From Macrostomum hystrix (taxonomy: Eukaryota > Animalia > Platyhelminthes), in contig CATNEN010000003.1 in assembly GCA_950097015.1 (NCBI GenBank), positions 11,842,001 to 11,906,000 of the forward strand: a stretch of 64,000 nucleotides of DNA, given 5' to 3'. Positions within the stretch are counted from its first letter, which is position 1. Every line of letters starts with the position of its first letter. Of this stretch, positions 1 to 12,944 are shown piece by piece. The translations under genes and the position numbers were made by a program. The notes under the pieces were generated by a model, which was given only the letters and a program-made list of their open reading frames with translations, was not told the DNA's origin and did not search any database.

Positions 1-486
1 CGGCATTGAACCTCGTTCACTACAGACTGGATTCCGGTAGCACCACACGTGAGAGAGTCCAGGAATTTGTGACCAACCTATGTGAAAAGATTGCAGAGAA
101 TCTGGAAGAGAACCATTCGTGCGTCATCGTGCTGGATGGTGCCCGCTTTCACCACGGATTGCAAATCCCGGAGGAGTGGGTTGGTCGAATTGAACTGAAG
201 ATCTTACCACCTTACTCTCCTTTCCTGAACCCAGTTGAACTGGCTCACAGTGCCTTTAAATCAGCAGTCAAGAGGCAGCTGTCCAATCCTGAAGTTCAGA
301 GAGAATTGGCTGTTCCGCCTCCTGACATGACTGCCGTTCAATGGAGACTGATGGTGCTGCAGAGGTGCGGGGAAATCGCGATGGATGACGTGACTCCACT
401 GATCGCGATGGATGAAGTGCGTTCACTGGTATCAGCACACGCTCCGCTTCATCCCACGCTGTCTGGCAAATGAAGACATCGTTTGA
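1..486 (+). mobile_element. IS630/Tc1-mariner (DDE_3) transposase, C-terminal fragment, frameshifted
   Basis: Motifs IVLDGARFH and LPPYSPFLNPVE. After removing the insertion at 402-414 the frame continues KCVHWYQHTLRFIPRCLANEDIV* (stop 484-486). The element may extend to about 845 (GTCTAATTTGAATGCCC at 677 and 777). Confidence 0.85.
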
Positions 487-879
487 ATTCTCTATCAGAT
501 GAGACTCTTGTGAGACTCTTGTTCATTGATGTGCTGAGCACCCTGTTTTGTTTGTTCACACATGCTTACTCTGTTATAACTTGTTCTTATCTTCATAGTT
601 CAGGGTTCACAGAATGGTTGTCTGACAACAGACGCAACACGATCTTGAATTGCCCAGCCAATGCGCCTGAGAACTTGTCTAATTTGAATGCCCCTTGTCT
701 AAATTGAGTGCCCACCAGTGTGATTTTGTCTAGGCCATAGATAGCATTTGCGCCAGCAGTGAGATCTGGTCAAGCGTCTAATTTGAATGCCCGCAGTTCA
801 AACTTGACTGCAAAATGCTATATTTGCACTGCTTTTTTAGGGTAGTTATTAATTATAAGACAGAAACAGACGAGATAAA

Positions 880-2100
880 TGAGAGAGAAAGGTAAGATAA
901 ATAAGGGAGACAGGTGAGATAAATGAGGGCAACAGATAAGATAAATGAGGGAGGCAGGTGAGATAAATGAGGGCAACAGATAAGATAAATGAGGGAGACA
1001 GGTGAGATAAATGATGGAGACAGGTGAGATAAATGAGAGAGACAGGTGAGATAAATGAGGGCAACAGATAAGATAAATGAGTCAGGCAGGTGAGATAAAT
1101 GAGTGAGACAGGTGAGATAAATGAGGGAGACAGGTGAGATAAATAATGAAAACAGGTGAGATAAATGAGGGGACTGGTGAGATAAATGAGGGAGACAGGT
1201 GAGATGAATGATGGAGACAGGTGAGATAAATGATGGGACTGGTGAGATAAATGAGGGAGACAGGTGAGATGAATGAGAGAGACAGGTGAGATAAATGAGG
1301 GCAACAGATAAGATAAATGAGTCAGGCAGGTGAGATAAATGAGTGAGACAGGTGAGATAAATGATGGAGACAGGTGAGATAAATGATGAAAACAGGTGAG
1401 ATAAATGAGGGGACTGGTGAGATAAATGAGGGAAACAGGTGAGATGAATGAGGGGACTGGTGAGATAAATGAGGGAGACAGGTGAGATAAATGATGGAGA
1501 CAGGTGAGATGAATGATGGGACTGGTGAGATAAATGAGGGAGACAGGTGAGATAAATGAGGGGACTGGTGAGATAAATGAGGGAGACAGGTGAGATAAAT
1601 GAGGGAGACAGGTGAGATAAATGATGGAGACAGGTGAGATAAGTGAGGGCAACAGATAAGATAAATGAGGGAGACAGGTGAGATAAATGAGGGAGACAGG
1701 TGAGATGAATGAGGGTGACAGGTGAGATAAATGAGGGGACTGGTGAGATAAATGATGGAGACAGGTGAGATAAATGATGGAGACAGGTGAGATGAATGAG
1801 GGGACTGGTGAGATAAATGATGGAGACAGGTGAGATAAATGAGGGAGACAGGTGAGATAAATGAGGGAGACAGGTGAGATAAATGAGGGCAACAGATAAG
1901 ATAAATGAGGGAGACAGGTGAGATAAATGATGAAAACAAGTGAGATGAATGAGGGTGACAGGTGAGATAAATGAGGGGACAGGTGAGATAAATGATGGAG
2001 ACAGGTGAGATGAATGAGGGGACTGGTGAGATAAATGAGTCAGGCAGGTGAGATAAATGAGGGAGACAAGTGAGATAAATGATGAGATAGATGAGATATA
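880..2100. repeat. Minisatellite, ~22-bp unit GAGGGAGACAGGTGAGATAAAT with 21-bp variants
   Basis: Tandem periodicity read directly. Confidence 0.95.
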
Positions 2101-2578
2101 ATATAACGGCAGGGAATAGAGAAGAGACAAAAGCTTGTCTATGAGATATTCAGTTTATCAATCGAATTCTGTTAAACATAATTAGTTTTGGTTATTTAAT
2201 CTGCACGTATGTGCCTACATTCTATTTATTTGCTTGCTTAATGATTCCTTTTGTAAAAAGCTTTCTAAAGATTTAGTTTTGATGTTGCTTACGAATTCTA
2301 CTTTTTATTTTAAGTCTGTTATTTACGGCAGAGTTGATACGTAACATTGTGCATAGCTGCAATAAGCAGTAGTTTGTGCTGAACTTTCAGCTGTGTTACC
2401 TACTATTAAACTGTTAAACTACTATTTGAAATGGATTGAAGTACCAACAGTCGAAAATATACGGACCCTGAAGAAAGCCTATTTTTGGCCGAAAATTTGG
2501 TCCATCGTACTAAATAGAAAAAATCTGCATTTCTAAACATCTAGACCGTGTGCGTGGATTGCCTCTAAGAGGCTTTCG

Positions 2579-2764
<186 letters not shown>

Positions 2765-3194
2765 CATCAATACAGAAACCGCACGCAAAAATAGTCTAAA
2801 AAGTCAGCAAACCAATGCAACTTCCTGACCGATTCGGCCGTTCGGTCCTGCTTTGAGTCCACGATGACTGCAGTTGAGGGACGTACCGAATAGTCGAGCC
2901 ACGGATTTCATCCGGTCCCGTCTCTTTCTCTCGCAGTTCTTTTCGCATTTTTTTCCTGCCGCATCTCGCTGACCCCGAACAAAAAACCGCAATTTACTGG
3001 TTGGCTTTTGGACCGGTTGGCCCAAGCAAGTGGCCCCAACAGTCGAGCGGATATTGTGAATGAAGCCCAAATGCGCTGCGGGCGTGTTTGACATCTAATT
3101 ATTGTTACTAGGAGGGTAGATTGTCAGTCTGCATCCACGGAAACTTTGTAGTCTTTTTTTCATTGCGATACACTTGAAACATGTTTTTGCACTC

Positions 3195-4812
3195 CCTCTC
3201 ATCCCATCTAATCCTCTCTTATCCCATCCTATCCTATATTTTCCCATCCTATCCTATATTTTCCCATCCCATCCTCTCTTTTCCCATCTAATCCTCTCTT
3301 ATCCCATCCTCTCTTATCTCATCCATCCTCTCTTATCCCATCCATCCTCTCTTATCCCATCCATCCTCTCTTATCCCATCCATCCTCTCTTATCCCATCC
3401 ATCCTCTCTTATCCCATCCCATCCTCTCTTATCCCATCCTCTCTTATCCCATCCTCTCTTATCCCATCCTCTCTTATCCCATCCCATCCTCTCTTATCCC
3501 ATCCTCTCTTATCCCATCCTCTCTTATCCCATCCCATCCTCTCTTATCCCATCCTCTCTTATCCCATCCTCTCTTATCCCATCCTCTCTTATCCCATCCA
3601 TCCTCTCTTATCCCATCCCATCCTCTCTTATCCCATCCTCTCTTATCCCATCCTCTCTTATCCCATCCTCTCTTATCCCATCCATCATCTCTTATCCCAT
3701 CCCATCCTCTCTTATCCCATCCTCTCTTATCCCATCCTCTCTTATCCCATCCTCTCTTATCCCATCCCATCCTCTCTTATCCCATCCTCTCTTATCCCAT
3801 CCTCTCTTATCCCATCCTCTCTTATCCCATCCCATCCTCTCTTATCCCATCCCATCCTCTCTTATCCCATCCTCTCTTATCCCATCCTCTCTTATCCCAT
3901 CCCATCCTCTCTTATCCCATCCTCTCTTATCCCATCCTCTCTTATCCCATCCTCTCTTATCCCATCCCATCCTCTCTTATCCCATCCCATCCTCTCTTAT
4001 CCCATCCTCTCTTATCCCATCCCATCCTCTCTTATCCCATCCTCTCTTATCCCATCCTCTCTTATCCCATCCTCTCTTATCCCATCCCATCCTCTCTTAT
4101 CCCATCCCATCCTCTCTTATCCCATCCTCTCTTATCCCATCCCATCCTCTCTTATCCCATCCTCACTTATCCCATCCTCTCTTATCCCATCCCATCCTCT
4201 CTTATCCCATCCTCACTTATCCCATCCATCCTCTCTTATCCCATCCCATCCTCTCTTATCCCATCCTCTCTTATCCCATCCCATCCTCTCTTATCCCATC
4301 CTCACTTATCCCATCCTCTCTTATCCCATCCTCTCTTATCCCATCCCATCCTCTCTTATCCCATCCCATCCTCTCTTATCCCATCCCATCCTCTCTTATC
4401 CCATCCCATCCTCTCTTATCCCATCCTCTCTTATCCCATCCCATCCTCTCTTATCCCATCCTCACTTATCCCATCCTCTCTTATCCCATCCTCTCTTATC
4501 CCATCCCATCCTCTCTTATCCCATCCTCACTTATCCCATCCTCTCTTATCCCATCCTCTCTTATCCCATCCTCTCTTATCCCATCCTCTCTTATCCCATC
4601 CTCTCTTATCCCATCCCATCCTCTCTTATCCCATCCCATCCTCTCTTATCCCATCCCATCCTCTCTTATCCCATCCCATCCTCTCTTATCCCATCCTCAC
4701 TTATCCCATCCATCCTCTCTTATCCCATCCTCTCTTATCCCATCCTCTCTTATCCCATCCCATCCTCTCTTATCCCATCCTCACTTATCCCATCCATCCT
4801 CTCTTATCCCAT
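3195..4812. repeat. Minisatellite ATCCCATCCTCTCTT (15 bp) with extra ATCCC modules
   Basis: Tandem periodicity. Confidence 0.95.
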
Positions 4813-5490
4813 CAAATCCTGTTTTCCTATTTTATCGTCTATTTTATCATCCCATTCTCGCGGATAGGAACCCATCTCATTGTATTCATTCGCATGAAAT
4901 CCTGTCCTATTTAGTCTACTCGCCTGAAAATCTCTCTGAACACATTGTATCCTTTTTTCTAGTCCTATTGATTTTTTCCTGAATTAAGCGTTCTATTTTT
5001 ATTGCTGTTCTCGCAATTATGCACCACCACATAATGACCTGAAACTCTAAAACCCTATCTTTCGCTAAAGAAACAGCTTTAAAGGCACATTGTTTGTTGT
5101 CGTCACAGGTGTTCTAGTGTTTAGTTCCACTATCTGACTGGCCTTAACACACACCCACACCATATAAGACTAAAGTTCATGGAAGAACTTTTCTGTCGTA
5201 ATTTCCTGTTTCTTCGTACTCAAAAAGCACACAACGGAATCTGCATTCCAAATTAAACGATAATTCTAGTGCTGACTGCATTCAGATTAGCCAAATATGG
5301 TCATTGGTCAGTTCTATTGCATTTAATTACAATAAGTATACAAAAACCTCTGCTCCTTGTATTTTGGGTCGCGAATAACAGGAAATTGTGATTAATTTTC
5401 TAAAAAATATCTTTAGCGAATGTCTAGTCTTGCTGGAAAATCTTCAAGAAAATATAAATATTAAAAGCTTTCAATTAAACGACAGTTTAA

Positions 5491-5559
5491 GGAGTTGTAG
5501 CAAAGTGGTAAGAGCATCGGTCTCACGACTTGACGGTAGGGGGTTCGATTCCCGACTCT
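5491..5559 (+). mobile_element. tRNA-derived SINE head, family A
   Basis: A box TAGCAAAGTGG and B box GGTTCGATTCCC; homologous to 14481 and 51013; poor anticodon stem. Confidence 0.7.
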
Positions 5560-5562
5560 TAC

Positions 5563-6450
5563 TGGAACAATTTGTCCTTTTTCTCCACTTTGCTCCGCTT
5601 TTGGAATCGTCAGTTTTCTCAGAAACTTTGTCGACGACATCCGCTTAACGTGCTGGAGTTTTGTTCAATTGCTCGAACGACTTTAACGAGGCCGCTGGGC
5701 TTTGATGCCGAAAGCCGTTGCTGCTGCTGCTGCTGCTGATGCTGCTTTTGCCGCTGAAATCCTTCAGATTCTTGCAAGTGAAGCTTGCTACGGATTCTTT
5801 GTCGGGCCTGTTCTACGAATCTGTCGTCGCTTCCTTTGGAGCTTCTAGTCAGAGGCGAGATTAGGCACAAGATGAAAAATGAGCACATGAATATGCAATC
5901 CAGGATTAGCACTGTCACAATGAGTAGGTTGCTTAACTCCATGGTATTAACGCAGTAAATCATTTCTGCTAACTTGTAGATTGACTTTATTGGCATTCTA
6001 ACGGTCAATTAGATATCTATGGCTTAAACCGTACTCGTTTTTAAAGTGCAAAGGCTTAAATTTTAGAAAACTTATCGAAAAATATTCGATTGAACTACAA
6101 AACAAGTAAACAAAACGAATTTTTTTAAATTATGTTTTTTGTGTGTTAAATTCTTTTTTTTTAATTCATGTCTCGAACCTTGTTTTTCTCCAACTTTTTC
6201 TGCTCCGGAGACAGAACAGGTTGACACACAGGTTCAGCTTACTTACGAAACTAACAGTTTTGAAAACTGGTTCAATTTAACGGAAGTTGTCCTTGTTTTC
6301 ACCTGTGCAGTGCATCTGCCCCAATGTGCTTTATGGCTGTTTCACACTGGAAAAATTCAGAACAAAGACAGTCAAGCAGTCACGCTTGCACTGACTGGAG
6401 TCTTTGTCATTTCCTGGAAATTCCGGTCTCTGTTTCGTATTCAGTTTTTT
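5563..6450 (-). other. Possible 5' exons of a gene divergent from the LRR gene (exon ~6450-6247; exon 5844-5563 with ATG at 5640)
   Basis: Minus-strand GTAAGT donor at 6246; CTAAT branch site plus TAG acceptor at 5845; GTAAGA donor at 5562 after MSSTKFLRKLTIPKAEQSGEKGQIVP. No downstream exon identified. Confidence 0.3.
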
Positions 6451-6494
6451 TTTGCGTTGGGACGGAATTAGGCCATACATAAAGTTGGATGTAC

Positions 6495-6605
6495 AATGGC
6501 CAATAGCAAACCAGAGGAAATCATGGCTTCAATCGGGGGTCTAAACTCCGCAGTGAATGTACAGTCTCCTCACGCAGCAATGGAATCCTACTAGCCAATA
6601 AGAAC
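6495..6605 (+). promoter_or_regulatory. CCAAT boxes upstream of the LRR gene
   Basis: GGCCAATAG near 6499 and AGCCAATAAG near 6593. Confidence 0.4.
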
Positions 6606-6739
6606 GGAGCTTCATCGATGTTCAAGCCAAGAGGGCTTTTTTAATATATTCTACTTGACAATAAGCATAAACCATGAAGCTAATTTATACTTTTCTCTAC
6701 GTTTTTAAGACCCAAGCAAAAGCAACTAAGAAGAAGACT

Positions 6740-9700
6740 ATGATTGATAGCCTGCTAATAAAATTATTCCTAGTGATAATTATTCAATTATCATTGCTGT
6801 CAAATGCATCTTTGATAGCTAAAGAAGTGAAGCAAAAATGTAGCCTAGAATCGACTACCTTGACTGGGACATTGTATCGACAAAGCCATTCTGGTAGATT
6901 AGAAGTCAGTGCTCAACAATTTGTAGTCAACGTCAACAAAAGTGCTAGCTCAGTCTCCACGTGCGACATCTCAGATTTGAGACGACTGCAAGTGTTTATC
7001 CGTGATAAGCCTGTGGCTGGAGATCAGCTCATGTCTATGGCAAAACTGTTAGAGAAGGCCACAGCAACGAAGTCTCTACTAATAGAAGGTCCAACACGGG
7101 TTCTGAAACGACTGGTCTCATTGCAACTCATGCCAAATATTTCTTTTCTAAGTGTAGCTTGCACTGACAGAGATATTGACAGTTTGTATCCGATCGGAGC
7201 AGATACTAGTCGAGCCAGTCGCCTAGCAACTATTGATTTGTACTCTTGCTTATGGACTAACGACAGGAAATATTCGAGTCCAGCATTGCTGTCTAATCTG
7301 CCGGAACTGGTGTCTGCCAAGTTGGATCGGGTCAAGCTTATTAACCTGCGAGTTGGACATTTCACTGGCTTGCCAATTCTGCGCTACCTATATCTGACTA
7401 GATGCGATCTAATTAGTTTTGATTCTGGTTCACTGGATGAATTGCAGGTATGAACTAACACGAAAGTCTTTGCTTGGTGAATTTAATTTTTAATTTATCC
7501 TATTAGTTTGTATAATTATCCCCCCTCAGACTCAAAAATAAGAGTTCTTGCACCAAGGGGTGAGTGGCAGAGCGATTAACGCTTTTGCACCGAGGTCCCT
7601 GAGCTCGATTCCGCGGCGAGGCCACATTCATTTGGGGCGCAGCCGCGGAGAGAAGGCTTGGGGGCTTGTCGTGCAATTTGATTCCTTAAGGGCCAACCAA
7701 CCTCCAAGGCACAGTGAGAGTGTACACTGCCTGGTGATGAGAAAGTCAGGGCAGATGTTACACACCAGTGTGAGTGTGTGCCTGCGTACGGAATCTGTGT
7801 GCGTGTGTGCTCAGGAGTAACCTTATTATCATTATTAATTATGCTTGCAGAAACTAGTACATAAGGTATATTTGCCGACTTTCTCATCGTCAGACAGTTT
7901 ACAATCTCGCTGACGGCCCCCAAGGACGAAAATTGCATGACAAGTCGCCAAGCCTTCTCTCCGCGGCTGGGCCACAAATGAATTTGGCCTCGCTGCGGAA
8001 TCGAGCTTCAGGGACTTTGGTGCGAGAGGCAAACGCGTTAGACCGCTTAGCTACTCACCCACCATCCCTCAAGATGGGATGTTATCCACTTAGTTTGAAT
8101 ATAATCCCCTCAGTTTCAGATAATCCCTTCAGTTTGAGCATAATCCCCTCAGTTTCAGATAATCCTTCAGTTTCAGATAATCCCCTCAGTTTCAGATAAT
8201 CCCTTCAGTTTGAGCATAATCCCCTCAGTTTCAGATAATCCCCTCAGTTTCTGATAATCCCTTCAGTTTGAGCATAATCCCCTCAGTTTCAGATAATCCC
8301 CTCAGTTTCAGATAATCCCCTCAGTTTCAGATAATCCCTTCAGTTTGAGCATAATCCCCTCAGTTTCAGATAATCCCCTCAGTTTCAGATAATCCCCTCA
8401 GTTTCAGATAATCCCTTCAGTTTGAATATAATCCTATCAAATTTTAATACCGTCTTAATCGGAGCTGTCACGCGGATACGAACCAACGACCCTCGCTGCA
8501 TTTGTAACAATAGTTAGCTCCGTCATTGAATTAAGTATTTATTATTTGACTGCTACATAGTTTTAACGATGAATTCCTAAGAAAACCTTCCCAACCGCAA
8601 ATTTCCCCAGGCTCTGCAACATCTAACAATTAGCGACAATCCGGAGCTGAATCAGTTTCCTAGAAAAATATTTCAAAGCCTAACAAATTTAGAGAAGCTC
8701 AGTCTGACAAACAACGGCCTGCAGGACGTGTCCTCGGTGTTCAAAGGCGGCCAGTTGCAAGGATTGTCGCAGCTAGATTTAAGCGGCAATGATATCCGCT
8801 CCCTAGCAATGGACGCCTTCGAAGGCCTAGAAAATCTGCGCGCTCTCCTTCTTGGAGGCAATCGATTGTTGAAACTGGCACGCTCTGCCGATCTGTCATC
8901 CACACCAAGCTTAGCTCTGTGCTCGCTTCGCAGCCTGAAAGTATTCAAATTTGATGCCATTGAATTAAAAAACAAAACAGACAATGTCATTTGTAACAGA
9001 TTGGCTTTGAATAGCCGGTACGATGTGACCCTCATGCTGATGTCTGCCAGATTTCCGTCTACTTGTTCAGCTGGAAGCGGAGCCGGCTGGTGCCGTCGTC
9101 GACTTGAAGTTGTCAAGGAGCAGCATCCGATGGAGGTCAGGCTGGGGATGAGGTCTAGGAGGGTTTGAGTATTCGTGAGTCCTCAGATGAGTCCTCAGAC
9201 TTATGTTTGTAGTGGGATCTCATTCAATCATCAGAATGGGATCTCCTTAGATCATCAGTATGGGATCTCCTTAGATCATCAGAATGGGATCTCCTTAGAT
9301 CATCAGAATGGGATCTCCTTAGATCATCAGAATGGGATCTCCTTAGATAATCAGTATGGGATCTCCTTAGATAATCAGTATGGGATCTCCTTAGATCATC
9401 AGTATGGGATCTCCTTAGATCATCAGAATGGGATCTCCTTAGATCATCAGAATGGGATCTCCTTAGATAATCAGTATGGGATCTCCTTAGATAATCAGTA
9501 TGGGATCTCCTTAGATCATCAGTATGGGATCTCCTTAGATCATCAGAATGGGATCTCCTTAGATCATCAGAATGGGATCTCCTTAGATCATCAGTATGGG
9601 ATCTCCTTAGATCATCAGTATGGGATCTTCTTAGATCATTAGTATGGGATCTCCTTAGATCATTAGTATGAGATCTCCTTAGATCATCAGTATGGGATCT

Positions 9701-12669
9701 CCTTAAATCATCAGTTTGGGATCTCCTTAGACTCTTCAGTGTGGGATCTCCTTAGACTCTCGAGTTTGGATCTTCTTAGACTCTTGAGTTTGGGATCTCC
9801 TTAGACTCTTGAGTGTGGGATCTCCTTAGACTCTCGAGTTTGGATCTTCTTAGACTCTTGAGTTTGGGATCTCCTTAGACTCTTGAGTGTGGGATCTCCT
9901 TAGACTCTCGAGTTTGGGATCTCCTTAGACTCTTGAGTTTGGGATCTCCTTAGACTCTTGAGTGTGGGATCTCCTTAGACTCTTGAGTTTGGGATCTCCT
10001 TAGACTCTCGAGTGTGGGATCTCCTTAGACTCTCGTGTGTGGGATCTCCTTAGACTCTCGAGTGTGGGATCTCCTTAGACTCTCGAGTGTGGAATCTCGT
10101 TAGACTCTCGAGTGTGGGATCTCGTTAGACTCTCGAGTGTGGGATTTCCTTAGACTCTCGAGTGTGGGATCTCCTTAGACTCTCGAGTGTGGAATCTCGT
10201 TAGACTCTTGAGTTTGGGATCTCGTTAGACTCTCGAGTGTGGGATCTCGTTAGACTCTCGAGTGTGGGATCTCCTTAGACTCTCGAGTGTGGGATCTCCT
10301 TAGACTCTCGAGTGTGGGATCTCCTTAGACTCTTGAGTGTGGAATCTCGTTAGACTCTTGAGTGTGGGATCTCGTTAGACTCTTGAGTGCGGGATCTCCT
10401 TAGACTCTCGAGTGTGGGATCTCCTTAGACTCTTGAGTGTGGGATCTCCTTAGACTCTTGAGTGTGGGATCTCGTTAGACTCTTGAGTGTGGGATCTCCT
10501 TAGACTCTCGAGTGTGGTATTTTATTACACTCTAGGAGACTGGAAAGTCCCGATTTGACAGTATTATAAAAACGGTACATCCCTTTAAATCACTCAGTTA
10601 CCAATCGATGATAAGCTTCTGCCGCAGCAACAGCAGCATCAGCAGCAGCAGCAGCAGCAGAACAGTCCCAATATGGCTTTGCTGCTGATATTTGGCGCAA
10701 TTTGCGTTATCCACCTGATCGTCACCGGGACCCTGGCCTGTGTCTGCTGGCGAATGGTCGTCAGACGTCGAACAGAGCAGAGTCGACCTACTCGACGCCG
10801 ACGACAGGGCCAGCTGACGGTGGCAGCCGGTGGAGCGTCAAAGAAAGCCAACGGCGCCAGAGATTCCGACTGCTACGAGGCTGTGGACGGCTGCAGCGGT
10901 GGAGCTCTGATGGCAGCCGGTAGATCGGAGACTGACGCCGCTGTGGCCGCTCCTGTGCTCATCAGCTTCCGAGCTCGACCCGGCGATGAGCAGACAATGG
11001 GTGACGGTTAGTTGGAAAGAAGGAATTCTGATCCCCATCCTTAAATCTGATTCCCATCCCTGATTCTGATCCCCATCCCTGATTCTGATTCCCATCCCTG
11101 ATTCTGATTCCCATCCCTGATTCTGATTCCCATCCCTGATTCTGATTCCCATCCCTGATTCTGATCCCCATCCCTGATTCTGATTCCCATCCCTGATTCT
11201 GATCCCCATCCCTGATTCTGATTCCCATCCCTGATTCTGATTCCCATCCCTGATTCTGATTCCCATCCCTGATTCTGATTCCCATCCCTGATTCTGATTC
11301 CCATCTCTGATTCTGATCCCCATCCCTGATTCTGATTCCCATCCCTGATTCTGATTCCCATCCCTGATTCTGATTCCCATCCCTGATTCTGATCCCCATC
11401 CCTGATTCTGATTCCCATCCCTGATTCTGATTCCTATCCCTGATTCTGATCCCCATCCCTGATTCTGATTCCTATCCCTGATTCTGATTCCCATCCCTGA
11501 TTCTGATCCATCCGTGATTCTGATCCCCATCCCTGACTCTGATCCCCATCCGTGGTTCTGATCCCCATCCCTGATTCTGATTCCCATCCCTGATTCTGAT
11601 TCCCATCCCTGATTCTGATTCCCATCCCTGATTCTGATTCCCATCCCTGATTCTGATTCCCATCTCTGATTCTGATCCCCATCCCTGATTCTGATTCCCA
11701 TCCCTGATTCTGATTCCCATCCCTGATTCTGATTCCCATCCCTGATTCTGATCCCCATCCCTGATTCTGATTCCCATCCCTGATTCTGATTCCTATCCCT
11801 GATTCTGATTCCCATCCCTGATTCTGATCCATCCGTGATTCTTATCCCCATCCCTGACTCTGATCCCCATCCGTGGTTCTGATCCCCATCCCTGATTCTG
11901 ATCCCCATCCCTGATTCTGATTCCCATCCCTGATTCTGATTCCTATCCCTGATTCTGATTCCTATCCCTGATTCTGATCCCCATCCCTGATTCTGATTCC
12001 TATCCCTGATTCTGATTCCTATCCCTGATTCTGATTCCTATCCCTGATTCTGATTCCTATCCCTGATTCTGATCCCCATCCCTGATTCTGATTCCCATCC
12101 CTGATTCTGATCCATCCGTGATTCTTATCCCCATCCCTGACTCTGATCCCCATCCGTGGTTCTGATCCCCATCCCTGATTCTGATTCCTATCCCTGACTC
12201 TGATCCCCATCCCTGATTCTAATCCCCATCCCTAAATCTGCATGACCCTATCTCAAATTTTAATATCATTCCTAATTCCAATTATAACCCTTAAACCTGA
12301 TCCTCACTTTCAATTCTTATCCCCATCCCTAATTCTGATTAATATCCTCAGTTCGAACCCTGATCCTAATCCTAATTAGATCAGGTTCTAACCCTGATCC
12401 TAATTCTGATCATAATCCTCAATTTGAGTTGATCCTGATCCGTTTTCTTAGCCGCAATCCTGATACCCATCGAAAGTTTTGGTTTCGCCGGTCATAATAA
12501 GTACGATGAATAATTATTATCAAGCCAAGGAGCATTATTGAATAAAGCCAAGCTGCACTACTTGCAGTAGAAATATAAACATTCACACTCATTAATTTTA
12601 GACTTCGTGATTGAAAACGAGTTTCCTACGCGCGAGAAGACCTGCTATGAATTTAATGAGGATGCTTAG
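6740..12669 (+). CDS. Leucine-rich-repeat single-pass transmembrane protein; exons 6740-7447, 8611-9135, 10598-11006, 12602-12669
   Basis: Hydrophobic signal peptide; LRRs (LRYLYLTRCDL, LEKLSLTNNGL, LSQLDLSGNDI, LRALLLGGNRL); TM segment ALLLIFGAICVIHLIVTGTLACVCW followed by RR; all GT-AG junctions phase-compatible; AATAAA at 12831. Confidence 0.8.
7556..7820 (+). mobile_element. tRNA-derived SINE, family B
   Basis: Head GTGGCAGAGCG...GAGCTCGATTCCG; body shared with copies at 7872, 15470, 18500, 18610 and 38725. Confidence 0.8.
7872..8062 (-). mobile_element. SINE family B, inverted copy
   Basis: Reverse complement of 7556-7750. Confidence 0.8.
8090..8435. repeat. ~19-bp minisatellite ATAATCCCCTCAGTTTCAG
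   Basis: Tandem periodicity in LRR intron 1. Confidence 0.9.
9205..10517. repeat. Composite minisatellite: 24-bp GGGATCTCCTTAGATCATCAGAAT changing to 25-bp GGGATCTCCTTAGACTCTCGAGTGT
   Basis: Tandem periodicity in LRR intron 2. Confidence 0.95.
11025..12240. repeat. 19-bp minisatellite CTGATTCCCATCCCTGATT
   Basis: Begins ~20 nt after the donor at 11007. Confidence 0.95.
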
Positions 12670-12944
12670 CTGGATGTCACTGTGAAATAATACTTGAAAA
12701 CTCGATCTAAACAACCAAGTTATGGCTTATTTATATTTTACTGTTACAACATAACTCTCTCTAGCTTGTTACAATTTCTGTACATCTCTATTCTATGCTA
12801 TTCTATACTATACGAATTTTATTATGTACAAATAAACTATTTATTTAACGGGCGAACATATTTAAAACCTAAGTCCGTCCTACTGCACACTAGCTCTCAC
12901 TCGCAACTTTTAGTTTTGCTTTTATCTTAATAAAACATCAAATT

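Noticed and set aside
5491-5559. Functional tRNA genes (also 14481, 51013, and partial heads near 8460 and 51190 on the minus strand)
   Set aside because: Anticodon stems pair poorly, copies diverge, and no poly-T terminator follows; better explained as SINE heads
7728-7752. Hammerhead-like CTGA(C/T)GA...GAAA in SINE family B
   Set aside because: No stem II or stem III/cleavage triplet could be built; it is a simple CTGAC/GTCAG hairpin
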